NCBI GenBank assembly: GCA_977020255.1
Contig: CDROCS010000004.1
Span: 62,001 to 126,000, forward strand
Direction of reading: 5' to 3'
DNA from: Obrimoposthia wandeli
Lineage: Eukaryota
Length of the DNA: 64,000 nucleotides
Part shown: piece by piece, positions 35,301-50,300 of the stretch
Numbering within the stretch: the first letter of the stretch is position 1
Layout: the number at the start of each line of letters is the position of its first letter
Made by a program: the position numbers and the translations under genes
Notes under the pieces: generated by a model
Seen by the model: only the letters and a program-made list of their open reading frames with translations
What the model was told of the DNA's origin: nothing
Database searches by the model: none

Positions 35301-38300
35301 AAATTAAAAACGCTAAAAAATGTAATTTTTTTTCTAAAAACGTCTCAACACTAACAGAAGTTGTCTAAACTGAAACTAGGAAGTCTTGAATCATAAATAT
35401 TTGTACAAAAATACTGATAACCAAGTTGATTTATGAAATACCAACAATCTTACTTCCGATTTTTTTGAGTTTCTATTAAATAATTTATTAAACAATGACG
35501 TTTTCCATAAAGTTTAAAATTAATCCTTGAAGTTAAGGGTCGCACTCCCACTTGCTGGTCACCATATGAACATCGAAGTTCTTTTAAATAGTTGGATGTT
35601 TTTTCTAAATTGTTGAGATTTGCGCTAAATAATATGATAATTAGCAGAGTAAATTAAATATCATCATCGCACTAAGTCAGATCATCTTCAAAAGATTGGA
35701 AAAGTTCAGAAATTGGAAGCAGGAGTACCGCATAAGTTTCGTGAGTAGAACAAAAACCACCAGTTCTAAATTTGCGCTTTTTCGTCTAATTTTCATTGGA
35801 TCTAGTTCTTTCTGACTTTGGAATGTTTTATGCTTTGTCTGAGGCTCTTCGTGGAAAAATTTCAACGTGAATTCAGAAATCTGAGATTACATAAGATCAT
35901 CTTTCAGGTAATTTTTCAATTCATTGTCGAAATATATCTGTGTATTTTGCAACAAACCATTCATCCAGTCAATTTATATCGACTGTGAACAAATTGTTGA
36001 TTGATTATAGTTAAGCTTTTTTAAAAACTAACTGTTCTTCCTTTTATTTCTATAATAAAAATGCTGGGAACTACAACGTGCCCCGACAGTAAAATAGCTT
36101 GTGATAAAATATTATATTTTCAAAAAAAATAGAGGTAAATAATCAATAAAAAATAAGAATTTGGGCATCAAAAGGATCATTTTTGTATTCATCCTTCTCA
36201 ATACACAGATATTCTTTCGAAATTGCAGTCGGGTAATCTTTCCTGGTGGCCTTGAACTCCTCTATGATGACCTCTTGATCAACATGTTCAACCCATTTAG
36301 TTATTATTGTAGGTTTTAACAACTCCCACAATGAATTGTGACAGAACAAAAAATCAAGAGAACCCATTTTGACCAATCCAACGATATTGAAAATGCTCAA
36401 TTAAGAAGTCAAGTGTGCGGTTTGAGTTATGCTTCTTCAAGAATTTTCCATATTCAAGTATTCAATCGTGTACTTACTGATGTCACTCATTTTAGATTAA
36501 CCACGATATAGTGTGTAGCTGATTACAATCGGGAAGTGAAATTTATAGTTTTTTTGATATAATTCATGAAATAAAATGAACTGAAACATATTTAGAAAAA
36601 TAGTCTTCGTGTTTAGACTTATAATGGACTTATACTTGTCAGTAACTGATTTTATAAAATATGTATCTGAACATTACTAAATAATCAAAATGTCAGTTAA
36701 TTTTCCCCCAATACAGGATCTGGTTTCGGACAACTGCATCAACTACTTTCAACGGTTCCGGCGTCTGACTCACGTCACTCCCAAGTCGTATCTGTCCTTC
36801 ATATCCGGCTACAAGGAGATCTACAAGAAGAAGCACTTGGAAATCGGCCAGCTTGCAGATCGCATGAACACCGGTCTGAAGAAGCTGGTTGAGGCTACTG
36901 AGTCCGTAGACGTCCTCAGTCAGCAACTCAAGGTCAAAGAGAAGGAGTTAGATGTGGCCAGCAAGAAGGTGGGTGTCTTATCTGCTTCATTAAAGGCAAA
37001 ATTACCATTTAGCAATCAAAATTGTCCCGATACTTTAAAGATTGAATCGAGTGTTGTTTTATTTGGCTCAATCGCAGATCATCACAGTTTTTCGAGTTTA
37101 ACTTTTGCGTTTACAGTTACAAATTTGTTACTAATAGGTTTCAATTTTAATCATTTTTTATTTATATTTTGTTTATCTATACAGTATAATCTGGTTAACA
37201 TGATTGAATAGACCGCGAAATTTGCTTGTAATTTTAATGTACAATTTACAAAACAATGTGTTTATACATACCAGTTTTTACCAGTACCAGACAAGTTTCA
37301 GATTTTTGTATTCAGTTTCTTTATGAACTTATTCAAAGCTTCTGACATTGGTTTAAAACAAAATTGTTAATAAATTAAAATTTGGTAAAGAAAATTATTA
37401 AAAATAACTATGTGGAAATTTAATTGAACATTGTAAATTTATTAATCGAAACACTGTTAATTCTGATAAACTCTGTAATATGTCCTCCAAAACACACACG
37501 TTGTAAATGTTTTTTCTTTTTATATAATAATATAATATTCAAAATTTATGCTATAAAAATATGTTTAAACAATTAATATAAATCTTGAATAAAGATCTAA
37601 TTTTGGTTTGAATTTAATTTACGCAACAATACCAAAATGTTAATACAGTGTTGATGTCGTATTTTAATGAGAATAGATAACTATTAAAACTGGTTTATAA
37701 ACCCCACCTTTAGACCCCAATGTTGTTCAAATTTATGGTTCACATACATATATTTTGCTTTTCAAAAATATAGGACTTGGTGCCGATTGCCTTAAACACC
37801 ATCTTTCACGGTATTAGAGTCTTTCAAAATCAGCTCAAAATTGCTGTTTTCATGAAAGGATCTATTAAACACAAAATATTTGCTTCTGAACTATAAAAGT
37901 AATCAGTTAATCGATTTAGTTTTAAAATATTTGAAAACAATTACCAAAGCAAAATTTTCTAATAATGATAATAATAATACGCAGAAAGTTGTGAGGGATT
38001 TTATTTTTGTTTAAATTTATTTTAATTAAAAAAACATACTATCTCAAATGCTACTGAACGATAGAGAATTATTAAATCAATAGATATTATTAAACAAATC
38101 GATTTCAGTTATTTTTACATAACACACTCGATATGAGTTAGAATCAGTTTTGAGAGCTTGATTAAAGAAAATTACCACAGATAAACAGAAAATTTAATAA
38201 AATTTGAGCATTCAAACATGGAAAAAATAAAACTTTTCAATAAGTAAATAAAATAATATAATTTACAAAGAGCTGAAAGAAAAGAATTTTATGAAAGTGA

Positions 38301-41300
38301 AATGTATAAAAGTCTGTGAATAAAGTGTCTTTTTGGTTAATATAATTTTCTAAACAATGTAAAGAGAGTTAGTTTTATTTGTATGAAATAATTCTTTTGA
38401 TTGAAAAATTAAGGCGTTATTGTGAAGACATTGGCTATAAGTTTATTTGTTTAAATACTACAAGTCAAACATTTTAACCACCACTTAAAAAGAACAATGA
38501 AACAGCTCAAATTTATAAACAATTGTATACATAATTTTATTTGGAATAATAATAAACTTATTTACTAAAGAAATGAATATTGTATTAGTAATCATAATTT
38601 GGTAAACAGTTTTTTTGAGTTTTTAATTTTCATATATTTGATTACGTACAGTCGTTTTGATTTACTTTTTTGATAAAATAAACAATTATTAAAAATGTTT
38701 GAAACCTTTTATAAAAAAAATTGTCTTTGAATTTTTCTAGTCTTGATCTGAACTAAAGTAAAATAAGATAAATATTTCCTCTATTTTTACTTGAAATATG
38801 TTAAAAAATATAAATGATTTTTATTTCTCCAGTTAAAATAGGATGTAAGTGGTTAAATCATAATCGAAATAAGATAAATATGGAGTCTTACACGATGACA
38901 GGCCGAGGAGGTGCTGGCAGTAGTGACGACTCAGGCGACAGCAGCTCAGAAAGTGAAGGAACAGGTCCAGGTGGTCAAGGATAGGGCAGAGAATCTAGTG
39001 CGCAGTATTGAGGCCGACAAGGCGGTGGCTGAGGGCAAGCTAGAGGCCGCGAAGCCAGCACTAAGGGAGGCGGAGGAGGCGCTGGGGACCATCAAACCGG
39101 CTCACATCTCCACAGTGAAGAAGCTGGGTCGTCCCCCGCACTTGATCATGCGCATCATGGACTGCGTGCTATTGCTCTACAAAAAGCGAATAGACCCCGT
39201 CACACCCGACCCCGACAAGCCGAGCTTGAAGCCATCTTGGGCAGAGGCAGGCAAACTAATGAGCAAGAGTGACTTTCTCACATCGCTACTCAGCTTTCCC
39301 AAGGTCAGTAGTGTTCCGAAGTTTTCTTATCTTAACTAATATGATAAGTAAAATGTTATAAAAACTCAAACCTTGAAATGACATCTCGATAGTAGTTGTA
39401 ACAAAATTCGAATTCATGAAGTATGGTTTGAAATTTAAAACAAGCGTTACTTGCGGCCGCCCTTGTAATTTTACCATAATACAATATCATATGTAGGAGC
39501 TGGGACTACAGTTAATAATAGCTGATATTCAGATTGTTTATTGTTCAGAATAATGAATACATTTTTGAAATAATTTATGTTGCTCGTCCACTGACAGGAT
39601 ACAATCAATGACGAGCAAATTGACCTGATGGAGCCATACTTCGCGGCTGAAGACTACAATCTGCAGAACGCGAAGAGCGTGTGTGGAGATGTGGCCGGTT
39701 TGTGTTCTTGGACCAAGGCAATGGCATCTTTCTTCAGTATCAACAAAGAAGTCCTTCCACTGAAGGTGATCTCGGGTTTTGTAGAACTTCGATGATGATA
39801 CTTCTTGATATTTAATTATAATTGCCTACAATGAGACACAACGTCTTTCTGGAGTGATTAGAAAGCAACGATGTGCGTTTTGTCATCAAAATATTTCAAG
39901 TTCTTTCTTGCTAAAATTGAACTCGGACACACAGACAGACATTTTGCAAATTATAGTTGGATATTCACTATGATAAAAGTTCAGTAAGAGGCAGCTGGTC
40001 GGATTTTATAATTTATCTTTTTATATTATTTTTTAAAATCAACTCCTCAATTTAACCATTTGACTTCTTCAAACAGTGTGACAAATTTGTGATGATTTAA
40101 CGTTCTATTATGAATAAAGTTTATTGTTTGAATTAATATTTTTAAAACCTTATCCTCCTGTAATTTTTGGTAAACCAAGTTGCATATTATCTGCCTTGTA
40201 ATATTTCCTTTATAACTTTACGGATACAGATTATGAAAAACCGATGTCTATTGAACCGTTATTAGTAAATCAGGGTCAGTTAAATAACCTATTTAGATAT
40301 TTAAATCTTTATAAACGAAAAGCTGAAATACTTGGCTCATGGAATCTATTATAAATCAATAATGTATTCCAAATTTTCCTGACATGTAGTATCTAATAAT
40401 TAATTATTATAACTAAATATACTGTTTCATATACATCTCAAATCGTTATTTTGTATATAAAAAATTGTTGTCTGACCATGGCCATATCTCAAAATTATGG
40501 AAAGATAGATATTTTAAAGTAACATTTTCATAATATTCTATCATCTTTAGAGAAGAAGTATGATATTTTATTAAAGGAAAAGAGTAAAAATTACTATTCG
40601 TTTTAGAGTGTTAGACAATAATGAAAACTCACATATTTAGATATCATTTAATACTTTAAATTTCATTTTGATTCACTAACATTACATAATTGATTATCTG
40701 TGTTGTAGTCAAATCTGGCGGTGCAAGGAGTGAAACTAGAAGGTGCAATGCGAGAGCTCAATTCAGCACAAGAAGCACTCGATGAAAAACAACGAGAACT
40801 TGACATTGTACAAGCCGAATATGATGCCGCTATGTCAGAAAAACAGGTTTATTTTATTCTTCTTCTACTTTATGTTATCGTCATCTTCAGTAATGTTGGG
40901 TTTTAGCCAAACAAATGAAACACTATCCTCGACACCGCACAAAAAGGAGAATTAGATTACTTATTTCACCTTCAGTGGTTATTATGGAGTATATTTATAT
41001 GCCTTCACGTATATCTTCTTTTCTCACTAAATATGCGTATTAGGTTCCATATGTATGTTTGGGACGTTTCAAATTGATTTTTATTGAGTTTGAGAAGCTA
41101 TGGTCAAAATTGAGTTTCGCGGTTATTGCTAGAACTTCAATTCAAAGAACAAGACAAGTTATAAAAGTCAGTGTCAGTTGAGCAGAGTCAGTTTTCGGAT
41201 CTGTTTGATATTACGAACGCAAAAGGTGTTTGGCTAAACCATGAAAGTCGGGATTTTTATTATCGTCCAAGGGCGAAGTTGGTTACTCAGTTGCAGCTAC

Positions 41301-44300
41301 AGTGCCAGTTCATCCAAGTAAATCTCTCCCTAAGACAGAAACAGATCAAAGCACCTCATTCAGACACCGAATCAACATCCACTATTGAAATTACACTTTT
41401 TATAGACCACCTGTTAAATTGAATAAAAAATTACATATCATTCTACAAGTACAGCTATCGAGAAAATCAAATCAAAACTCAGCTCCCACAAAACAAACAA
41501 AGTTTGCCAACAGCTAGCTACTGATGGTATAGCCAACCCTTGCGCAAGTTAGAGTTCTTAAAGCAATCCATCGAGAAGAAGATAAAGTGACAGCTACCCC
41601 GAAACATACAATTCTACAGGAGAAATGGGCTTCCATTTCGATGGAAAAAAGATTGGCAATATAGAAATGCAAGTCGAGATTTTGAAAAATGAAAATAGAG
41701 AAGTCAAGCTAGTTGTTCTTGAATTGAAAAACGGCTTGGAAGTAACTATTTTTGAGGGTTGGAGAGACATTATTGATGATGTTAATTTGGGGTGCTGAAA
41801 TGAAGGCTGTGCTACGAAAATGGGTTACAAAAGATAAACTAAGTGAGTCATCAGCAGAAAAACAAATCAAAGGTTTATTGTCACCAAAAGTGTCAATGAT
41901 AAATAAAGAAATAGACATTCATCAAACGATGGAGATAAATTTGAAGAATTTAATGATCGCATTCAGGAAAATTTACTATGACGAGTTTCAGTAACTGAGA
42001 AAGAGAATTTAGCAATGCTTGAGAATTTTTGGGGTTTTGACTCATTAGTAAAGTAACATTGGAACATTTTCTTAACTTTAAATTTTAGGTAAAAGAAAAG
42101 TTTTATAAGAAACTAAATCTATTGAACAACTAAAGCAATTTAAAACATATAAGATAAAAATAATCCTCGAGAAATAATTATAAAAAAGCTTTTGCAAGCT
42201 CGGGGAAGAATTTCGGTCAGTATTTTGTTGTATTCAAAAGTTTCCAATTATTTTCTCTGATTTTTTTAATATTGTTTATTACTAAAATCAAAAATCTCTA
42301 TTTACTCATCATTATCGTCCCCATTACATGTAGGCTCTCCTCGACGATGCTGAGGCTTGTCGGCGCAAAATGACCAACGCCAGTGCTCTCATTGATGGTT
42401 TGTCCGGAGAACGTAAGCGCTGGACCGAAGCGAGCAAGACCTTCGATCTGCAGACTCAGCGACTGGTTGGCGATGTCCTGCAAGTTACTGCCTTCCTCTC
42501 TTATTGTGGACCGTTTAACCAAGATTTTCGGTCGGTCTTGCAGCGCAGCTGGCGCACAGAACTCATCACCAACAACATACCCTTCTCGGAGGTGAGAAAA
42601 TGACCGTTTGTCTGAATAACCATTGACCGGCTTGAAAGTTCATGTGATTTCTAAATGCATGTGTCGAGAATCAATACCGATTAACTCGTGGTGAGAAACC
42701 TTTTCAGCTTCTGACGAATTAACAATTTTCACAGATACCGCAGATAACTGCATCATATTTTAATAATTTCTTCTTTAATTTCTGTCCATGAACTACATAT
42801 ACGAAAAAGTAGAATTATTTTCGGAAAATCTCACATGCATATAGTACAATATTTGTACGTTTGTTTTGATTAACTGGTCGTAGACTGATTGTACTCAATG
42901 AATGAGAATTCCTGCAAAACTGATGATGTGTACTGATTAGAAGTACTAAAGGTGCAATGTTCTCAACTTATTCTCAAACTTCTCATGAGTGACTTCTTAA
43001 ATAAAGTCACATGAACTAGCGATGTGGGACGAACCTGTTGGTTCCCTCCGAAGTTTCATTCCGATTAGCTGGGATTTAGAGCGTAGTTGTATCTGGTGAA
43101 GCGAATGATTAGAAGTACTGAGGATTTAGTCACCAACTTATTCTCAAACTTTAACTGGATATGACGTGGGGCTTTGTTCATTGAAGTTGCTTATTACTAC
43201 GAAAATATATATATCCAGTATTATTTTTGAAATCAAGTTTAAAAGCCGAGTTTTGGGTTAGCCATGACTCTGAAACCCGACGTTTTAAAATATAAAAACG
43301 ACGTTTATTTAATTTTAAGACCAAAATATTATTTTTTAAAATGGTTAAAATTAAAATATATCTTTAATAATCTTTTAGAAATACTTTTAACATTTAAAAA
43401 ACAACAATTAAAATGAGACTGAGGCAATATAAAGATAATAATTACAATATGCTAACTTGTAGCCAGAAAGAAGCTTGGGGACCCGTTCATAGACTCTTAG
43501 GTAATGAAAACTGCATTTGTCTTATTAGCAAAATATTAAAATGCAATCTTAATTGCAAAACGATCATGTAAACTCCTCAAAGCTCAAACGAAACAATCTA
43601 TACTCATATCATCAGTTTTCATGGTATAGATGTGGAATAGAATCTAATTTGAAGCAAAATGTTATTAAATATCTGAAGTTCGCAAATATAATGTCTTTTG
43701 GACATTTAAATCACATAATATTTTCCAGCCGGGATTTAGCCGGGGTTCAAAAGAAATGTTTCTCTGTGTAATAAAATTCTGATCGAACTGAAATCTGGCT
43801 AGCAAGTTGTGATCGATATCTGGTAACCATTCTCAAAGTTTCATTCACAAATATTAATTACTTCCGGAGATATTTAGCACAAAGCTGGATTTTAGCTCTC
43901 CGATTCAAAGAATATGTGGAATCCGATCGATGATATTAAATCATGGGTGTGAGATAAAAAAAGGTTACAACCCGGGAAATTGTTTAAACTGAAAGTTCAA
44001 CAACCATATTATTTGATGAATGGACATTTATAAATTTCATAGTTAATTTACTAAGAACGATTTTAATTTAGAATTAATTGAAATTTACACAAAAAAAGCC
44101 GGAGAACTTGAAATAAAATAATTATTTGTGAATATACTCAAAGGGTTTGAAATTGATTCTTAAAATGTTATAACCATCACAGCAGATGGTACTTCGACTA
44201 ATATAAAAAAATCAGAGATTATCGATATTCTATTTCAAAAATGTGTTAATCACTGCATACAATTAGCCATATGCGATACTATTTACTAAAAGAAAAATAA

Positions 44301-47300
44301 TGATACAGAAACTTTGAATGATTTTGATGAGAGCCAAGATGAAGTTGTCGAGACAAAAGAGCCAGTATCAGAAGAAGTATATTTGGTTGACAAATTGACT
44401 TCATGGAAGATTTAATCAAAAAATATTTCCATACAATTGAAAATGTTCGTTGTATTGTCAGAAAATTTAAAAACAGCCGTAAAAGAAGAAGATGTAAAAA
44501 AACATGCTTTAAAACACTTTTTTAAATTTGAACTGTTTTCAGAATTGTTAATATGTACAATTTATATTTGGTGTACACGATTATGTTTGTTCACCTGAGA
44601 GTACATGTGTATCTTTGTTATTAAACATTTGCGTTCAAACCCTATACACATATGTTATAGTTTTCTTTCCTGTTTGCTTTGATATGGTACAAACCATATA
44701 ATTTCGGGCAATCTTTAGACACGTACGTGCTAGTGAATAATTGAGCAAATACAAAATTGTATGTAGTCTAAACAAAAACCAATGCTTCAATATTGATAAG
44801 ACCTTTTAAAATCCCTTGGTATGCTGCATTATGTGATCTTTTCAAAGGGTATCTCGGGCTGCATAGAAATAGACAATTTGATAATATCGGCCTGGATTAG
44901 TCGAGATTGAGTGCATCCGTCGTGCAGGACCTCAACACCATTGGTATGCTGGTGGACAACGCGACCATCAGCGAGTGGAATGTACAGGGCCTGCCCAATG
45001 ATGAGCTATCCATCCAGAACGGTCTGATCGTCACGCGGGCACCCCGATTCCCTCTGCTGATCGATCCACAGGGTCAGGGCAAACTCTGGCTGAAGAGCAA
45101 GGAAAAGAACAACGAGCTACAGGTATCCCGTAAGATGATACAACAATCATTTGTTGATTTTAATACGTGCAGGTTACCACTCTCAATCACAAATACTTTC
45201 GTAACCATCTAGAGGACAGTTTGTCTTTGGGACGCCCGCTGCTGATTGAGGATGTCGGTGAAGAGATTGATCCGGTCATTGACAACGTTCTCGAGAAGAA
45301 CTTCATCAAGTCCGGTAGCACCTTCAAAGTCAAGGTCGGTGACAAGGAAGTCGATGTGATGAAGGGCTTTCAGATGTACATCACCACAAAGCTGCCTAAT
45401 CCCAGCTACACACCTGAGGTGTTTGCCAAGACGTCTATCATCGACTTCACGGTCACCATTAAGGGTCTCGAAGATCAGTTGCTGGGTATCGTCATCCTCA
45501 CTGAGAAACAGGTACAACCTGTCGCGGTTTAAATCTGATAGAGTAGACAAAACTTCTTCACTATTTAATTTTCTAAAAAACATGTAGCTAACAATATAAA
45601 GTAGATTATGGGCAATGGAAATATAAATGCATCTCTGCACAGGAACTGGAGGCTGAGCGTACCAAGCTAATGGAGGAAGTAGCCGAAAACAAGCGTAAAA
45701 CAAAGGAACTCGAAGACAACTTGTTGTATCGGCTCACCTCGACGGAGGGCAGTCTGGTAGAGGACGAGTCATTGATCGAGGTGCTTCGAATCACGAAGAT
45801 CACAGCTGAGGACGTGGAGCAGAAGCTTGGTATCAGTAAAGACACTGAGATCAAGATCAACACCGCTCGAGAAGAGTACCGACCTGTGGCGACTCGTGGT
45901 TCGGTGCTGTACTTCCTGATCGTAGAGATGAGCATGGTCAATGTCATGTACCAGACTTCGCTACGACAATTCCTCGGTCTTTTCGACAAGAGCATGGCCC
46001 TGTCTCAGAAGAACCCCATCAATAGCAAACGCATCAACAACATCATCGAGTACCTCACATTTGAAGTGTTTCGCTACACTGCCCGTGGCTTCTACGAGAA
46101 CGACAAATTCACATTCACAGTACTACTGACCATGAAGATTGCGTTGCAGTCGGGACAAATCCGCCATGAGGAGTTTCAGGTTTTCATCAAGGGTGAGTGC
46201 CATCAAGTTATTATGTGCACAATCTAATTCTTTGGTTACAATTCATAAATATCTAAAATAATCTATCCAATTGCAATTTCCAATTGGAAATTTTAAAAGG
46301 TATCGAAAACCTTCATATTTGTAATGAATAGCGTAAATTAGGATTTACGAATTTATAGATTTCTTAAGTCATATTTCTAAATACAGATATTAGCGCTTTT
46401 CATGCAGATTTTTGTTTGTTTGCATTTAAAACATTTAAAAGTCTAAACAATATATTTAAAACTTTGAAACATAACTAAGGTAAAATAATTTCATAGTACC
46501 GTATTTTCGGGACCATTGGTTGAATTGCTAATTTTCGACTAAAATCGAGAAAACAGTCTAATATAGGTCAATCCGGACTATAGGTCGATTTAAATATGAC
46601 ATAATAAATTATTCAATAACAATATGTAATACCAATAAATGTTTATTAAATATATAAAATTAATACTTCCAAAGTCAATGTATATTTAATCGGACTCAAA
46701 CCCTTCAAAAGACGAATCTTCCACATCACTATGGAATAAGTCAGCTATAGATTGTTTGAAATGGCATCAAAAAATCGTTACACAGTTGACCTCATCAAAT
46801 AACTGAGCTATATGCATGTTTCATTTCTTTGCACTCAATTCCATTCAACAAAGTCAATAACATTTCCCTTATTTAACGCAAATTTTGTAGAACCGGGAAC
46901 TCATTACGTATTCTATCCACGACTAAAAATCATTTACTGACTGGTCAAGCTACTTGGAGGTCATACCATTGGTCATATACGTCCAATTCATTTGTCGGGA
47001 ATTTGTATATTGAAAGCATCTTGACCGAATCCCTTCGGTATCTTGTTAACGGTAAAAACTCATGTTCCGACAATTACACTGACTTTGTCCAGCAACCTCC
47101 CAAAATAATCCCTAAATGTGGTTACAATTTGTTATCTTTTTTCATCTGAAACTTTTTGGTGAGATTGGTCTCCAGTCAGTGTTCTTGGTAGGGTTGTGTG
47201 GAATTTATTTTTCCAGTCAAGAATTGTGCGATATGGATTTGCTTCTTTTTGAGATTTTGCTTCAAACATTCACTGAGATTCTTTGCAATAAAATACCACA

Positions 47301-50300
47301 CTTGATGAAGCAATGTAAGCTAGATGAGCTGACTCCAACTCTCTGTAGTTCTTCATGTTGACGTATTGATTTTAAGAGTATTGATATCATGGTGTATTGG
47401 GAATTAAAAGTACCTGCATGTGTTTACTATTAATATAGTCTTGTGATCTTAGTTTATTAATGTCATTTAGCATACAATATCAGTATTAAGTTTGAATTAT
47501 TTGTTTTAAAATGTTCTAAACCCAGGATACGAAAATCGGTGGGAAAATCGCTAACGTACTGCATATATCATCAGCAACAAAATTGTTATAATTGTCATTT
47601 TGATTTTCGATCGTTTGAAAGAACATTTAAATTTTTTTTGGCTAGATCCCAACCAGATCAAGTGTTACTATATGCATGCTTACTTATAAACTATAAAAAA
47701 GTCAAGCATTTTATGTGAGAACATATAATACATAACAATTATTTAGTAATTTGAAATTACATTCATATTTTCCCATACCATAAAAATATGAATTGTAAAT
47801 AATTATTTTAACGGAATAGTTACCTGGTAATTAAGTAATTTCACTCATCAATTTTATTGTCGCTTCCATCAATTTCAGAAATCGTTGTCATTGTCAAGAG
47901 TATTTTACTTTTTTTTGTCTCATATATAATTAGACAAGTAACAATAATTTTTGACTCTTTCCGCCTAAGACACAAGAAGAGGTATGAAGTATAATATCTG
48001 GCTGCGATCCTCACCGAGATAATGCCGTATTCTAAATTCAAAGGGGGGTACTCAAATACCTCTAAATACAGTCCTGATATTCTAGAACTCAAAATAATTG
48101 TATGTATCTCTGAACCTAATAGTTTCCTTTGAATAAAACGAAAATCATCTTATCATACAAATAAAAATATGTGAATTTAAAAAATGAAGCTGCCATACTT
48201 TATATAATTTTAGAATTTAATGAGCATATAGAATATAATCACATTATAACGAAAACTAAATGAACTATAATATTTGTACGTTATAACCAATGTCCGCTTT
48301 ATAATTAGAGTAACTTACATTTAGAAAATTTGAAGAAAATAATGATCCTAGGTATTAAATATTACTACATTAAACATTGGCGCATAAATACACCTACGTT
48401 GCACTTGTCAGCATATTTAACAATTCATTATTTATGTACAAAGAAAGCATGAAGAAAAAATGTCCATTTTTATAATGCGACCATAAAAATTTACTTTGAA
48501 AACAGTGGATTTCTAGGAAACGGTGAATACGATTTGAGGAGAGAAATGTTGTTATCTGAGCCTAAGCTTTGTTTGTTGGGTGAGATGGAATTGAATCGCT
48601 CAGTTTATTAACGCTACTGAAGAGATCATCGTTGGCACATTCATTAATCTGGGCGCAATGGGGTCACAATAAACATTGAAATAATCATTTGTCAACCATT
48701 TTTCGTCTAAAGGAAAAAAAATTTTTTTTCAAACCTATTTATTTTAATGTGTACCAGTGTGGTAATTTCTACAAAGTATTACACTTTAATTATATCCAGC
48801 TCTATTATTTATAAATAAGGAAAATATTTTTCAAAAACTTACTTATTCATATTGCGCGATTTACAGGAGGTGCAGCTCTGGATTTGAATATAGTGGAGCC
48901 GAAGCCGAAGAAGTGGATCCAAGACATGACCTGGTTGAATCTGGTGGAACTATGTAAACTGCCGTACTTTGCGAACATAACCGACCAGGTCACCAAGAAT
49001 GATCGGGGCTGGAAAGCGTGGTTCGATGAAGACGCTCCAGAAGAAGCAGAGATCCCTGATGGATTCAATTCGCTGGAGACATTCCGGAAGTTGCTTCTGA
49101 TCCGGTCGTGGTGCCCAGACAGGTAGGATTTTAAATTCTGGGACAGTGGATGATCAGAATTCGGTTCTGAAACGACTGCTGTTAACCAGCTCTACACTGA
49201 CAGGACGGTGCCTATGGCAAAGCGCTACATCGAGGAGACGATGGGCCTACGGTTTGCAGAAGGAGTCATTACGAACCTAGAGGAGATGGCCGAGGAGGCA
49301 GATGAACGCACTCCAATGGCTTGCTTCCTCTCGATGGGCTCTGATCCCACCGACAACATCGAGCGACTGGCCAAGAAGCGAGGACTCAGTGAGTTTGTTC
49401 AATTATTAGCAGACTTTTATCGGGATTCAGAATGATATTTTACCAAGAGAAAGCTACGTTGTGTTTCAACATATTAGAATCGCCATAAAAATTATGTTAA
49501 TTACATTGTAAAATGGAAGTTTATGTCACACATTTAATTTATAAGACATTCGATTCTATTCTTAGGAATCAATCAATACTTTAAGAAATTTACGAACTGT
49601 TTGTATATTTTGTTGATTAAATTAGAAATATAGTTATTTTCAAGATAACTGCGCATATTTAATAAAAACGGTAATATTTTTTAAACAATAAAAACGTTAT
49701 ATAAAGTTATAAAGTTTAATTTCTTAACTTTTAAAATTTACCAGTATCTTTTCCCTTTAAATCATAAAAAAATAATGCTTGGTCACATATCTCAAAATAT
49801 CACGTATTCACATCTCTGAAAGATCTAATTTACGGAATCGAAGAATTGAAATAGAAAGATGTTTTATGAATAGAAGTACAAGAAACTGCAAAAATGCCTA
49901 TGACCTAAAGTATGTATGATGGAATTTAAGAGATATTGCTTTATTTGGCGTATGATCAAGGAAATAACTACATTTTTGTTTCATGTTATTTGTCTATTTT
50001 CTATTTACAGGCTTATATTGGCAGTATTATTAGTGTTACGTAAAATTAACCAAAATAATGTTAAAATTGAATGCACCTTTAAAAATAAATTAAAATGTCT
50101 TAAATATCAAAATCTTAACATCAATTCAAATGACTAATCTCTTAAGACTTTTTTAATAATCTCAAGAATAAGTAATTTGTTAAGTATTCAATCAACTGGA
50201 AAACGACTATATAAATTATACATTAATGTGATTTTTATTTTCATTTACTTGTATCGTCAAAGTAGGCTCTACCTGGCTTCAAATTTCAATATAAAGAATT

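Noticed and set aside
35650-36450. Minus-strand ORF fragments (62 and 85 aa)
   Set aside because: No identifiable motif; likely a degenerate transposon.
41170-42000. Broken coding-like sequence in a dynein intron
   Set aside because: Probably a decayed repeat or viral fragment, but no family could be recognised.
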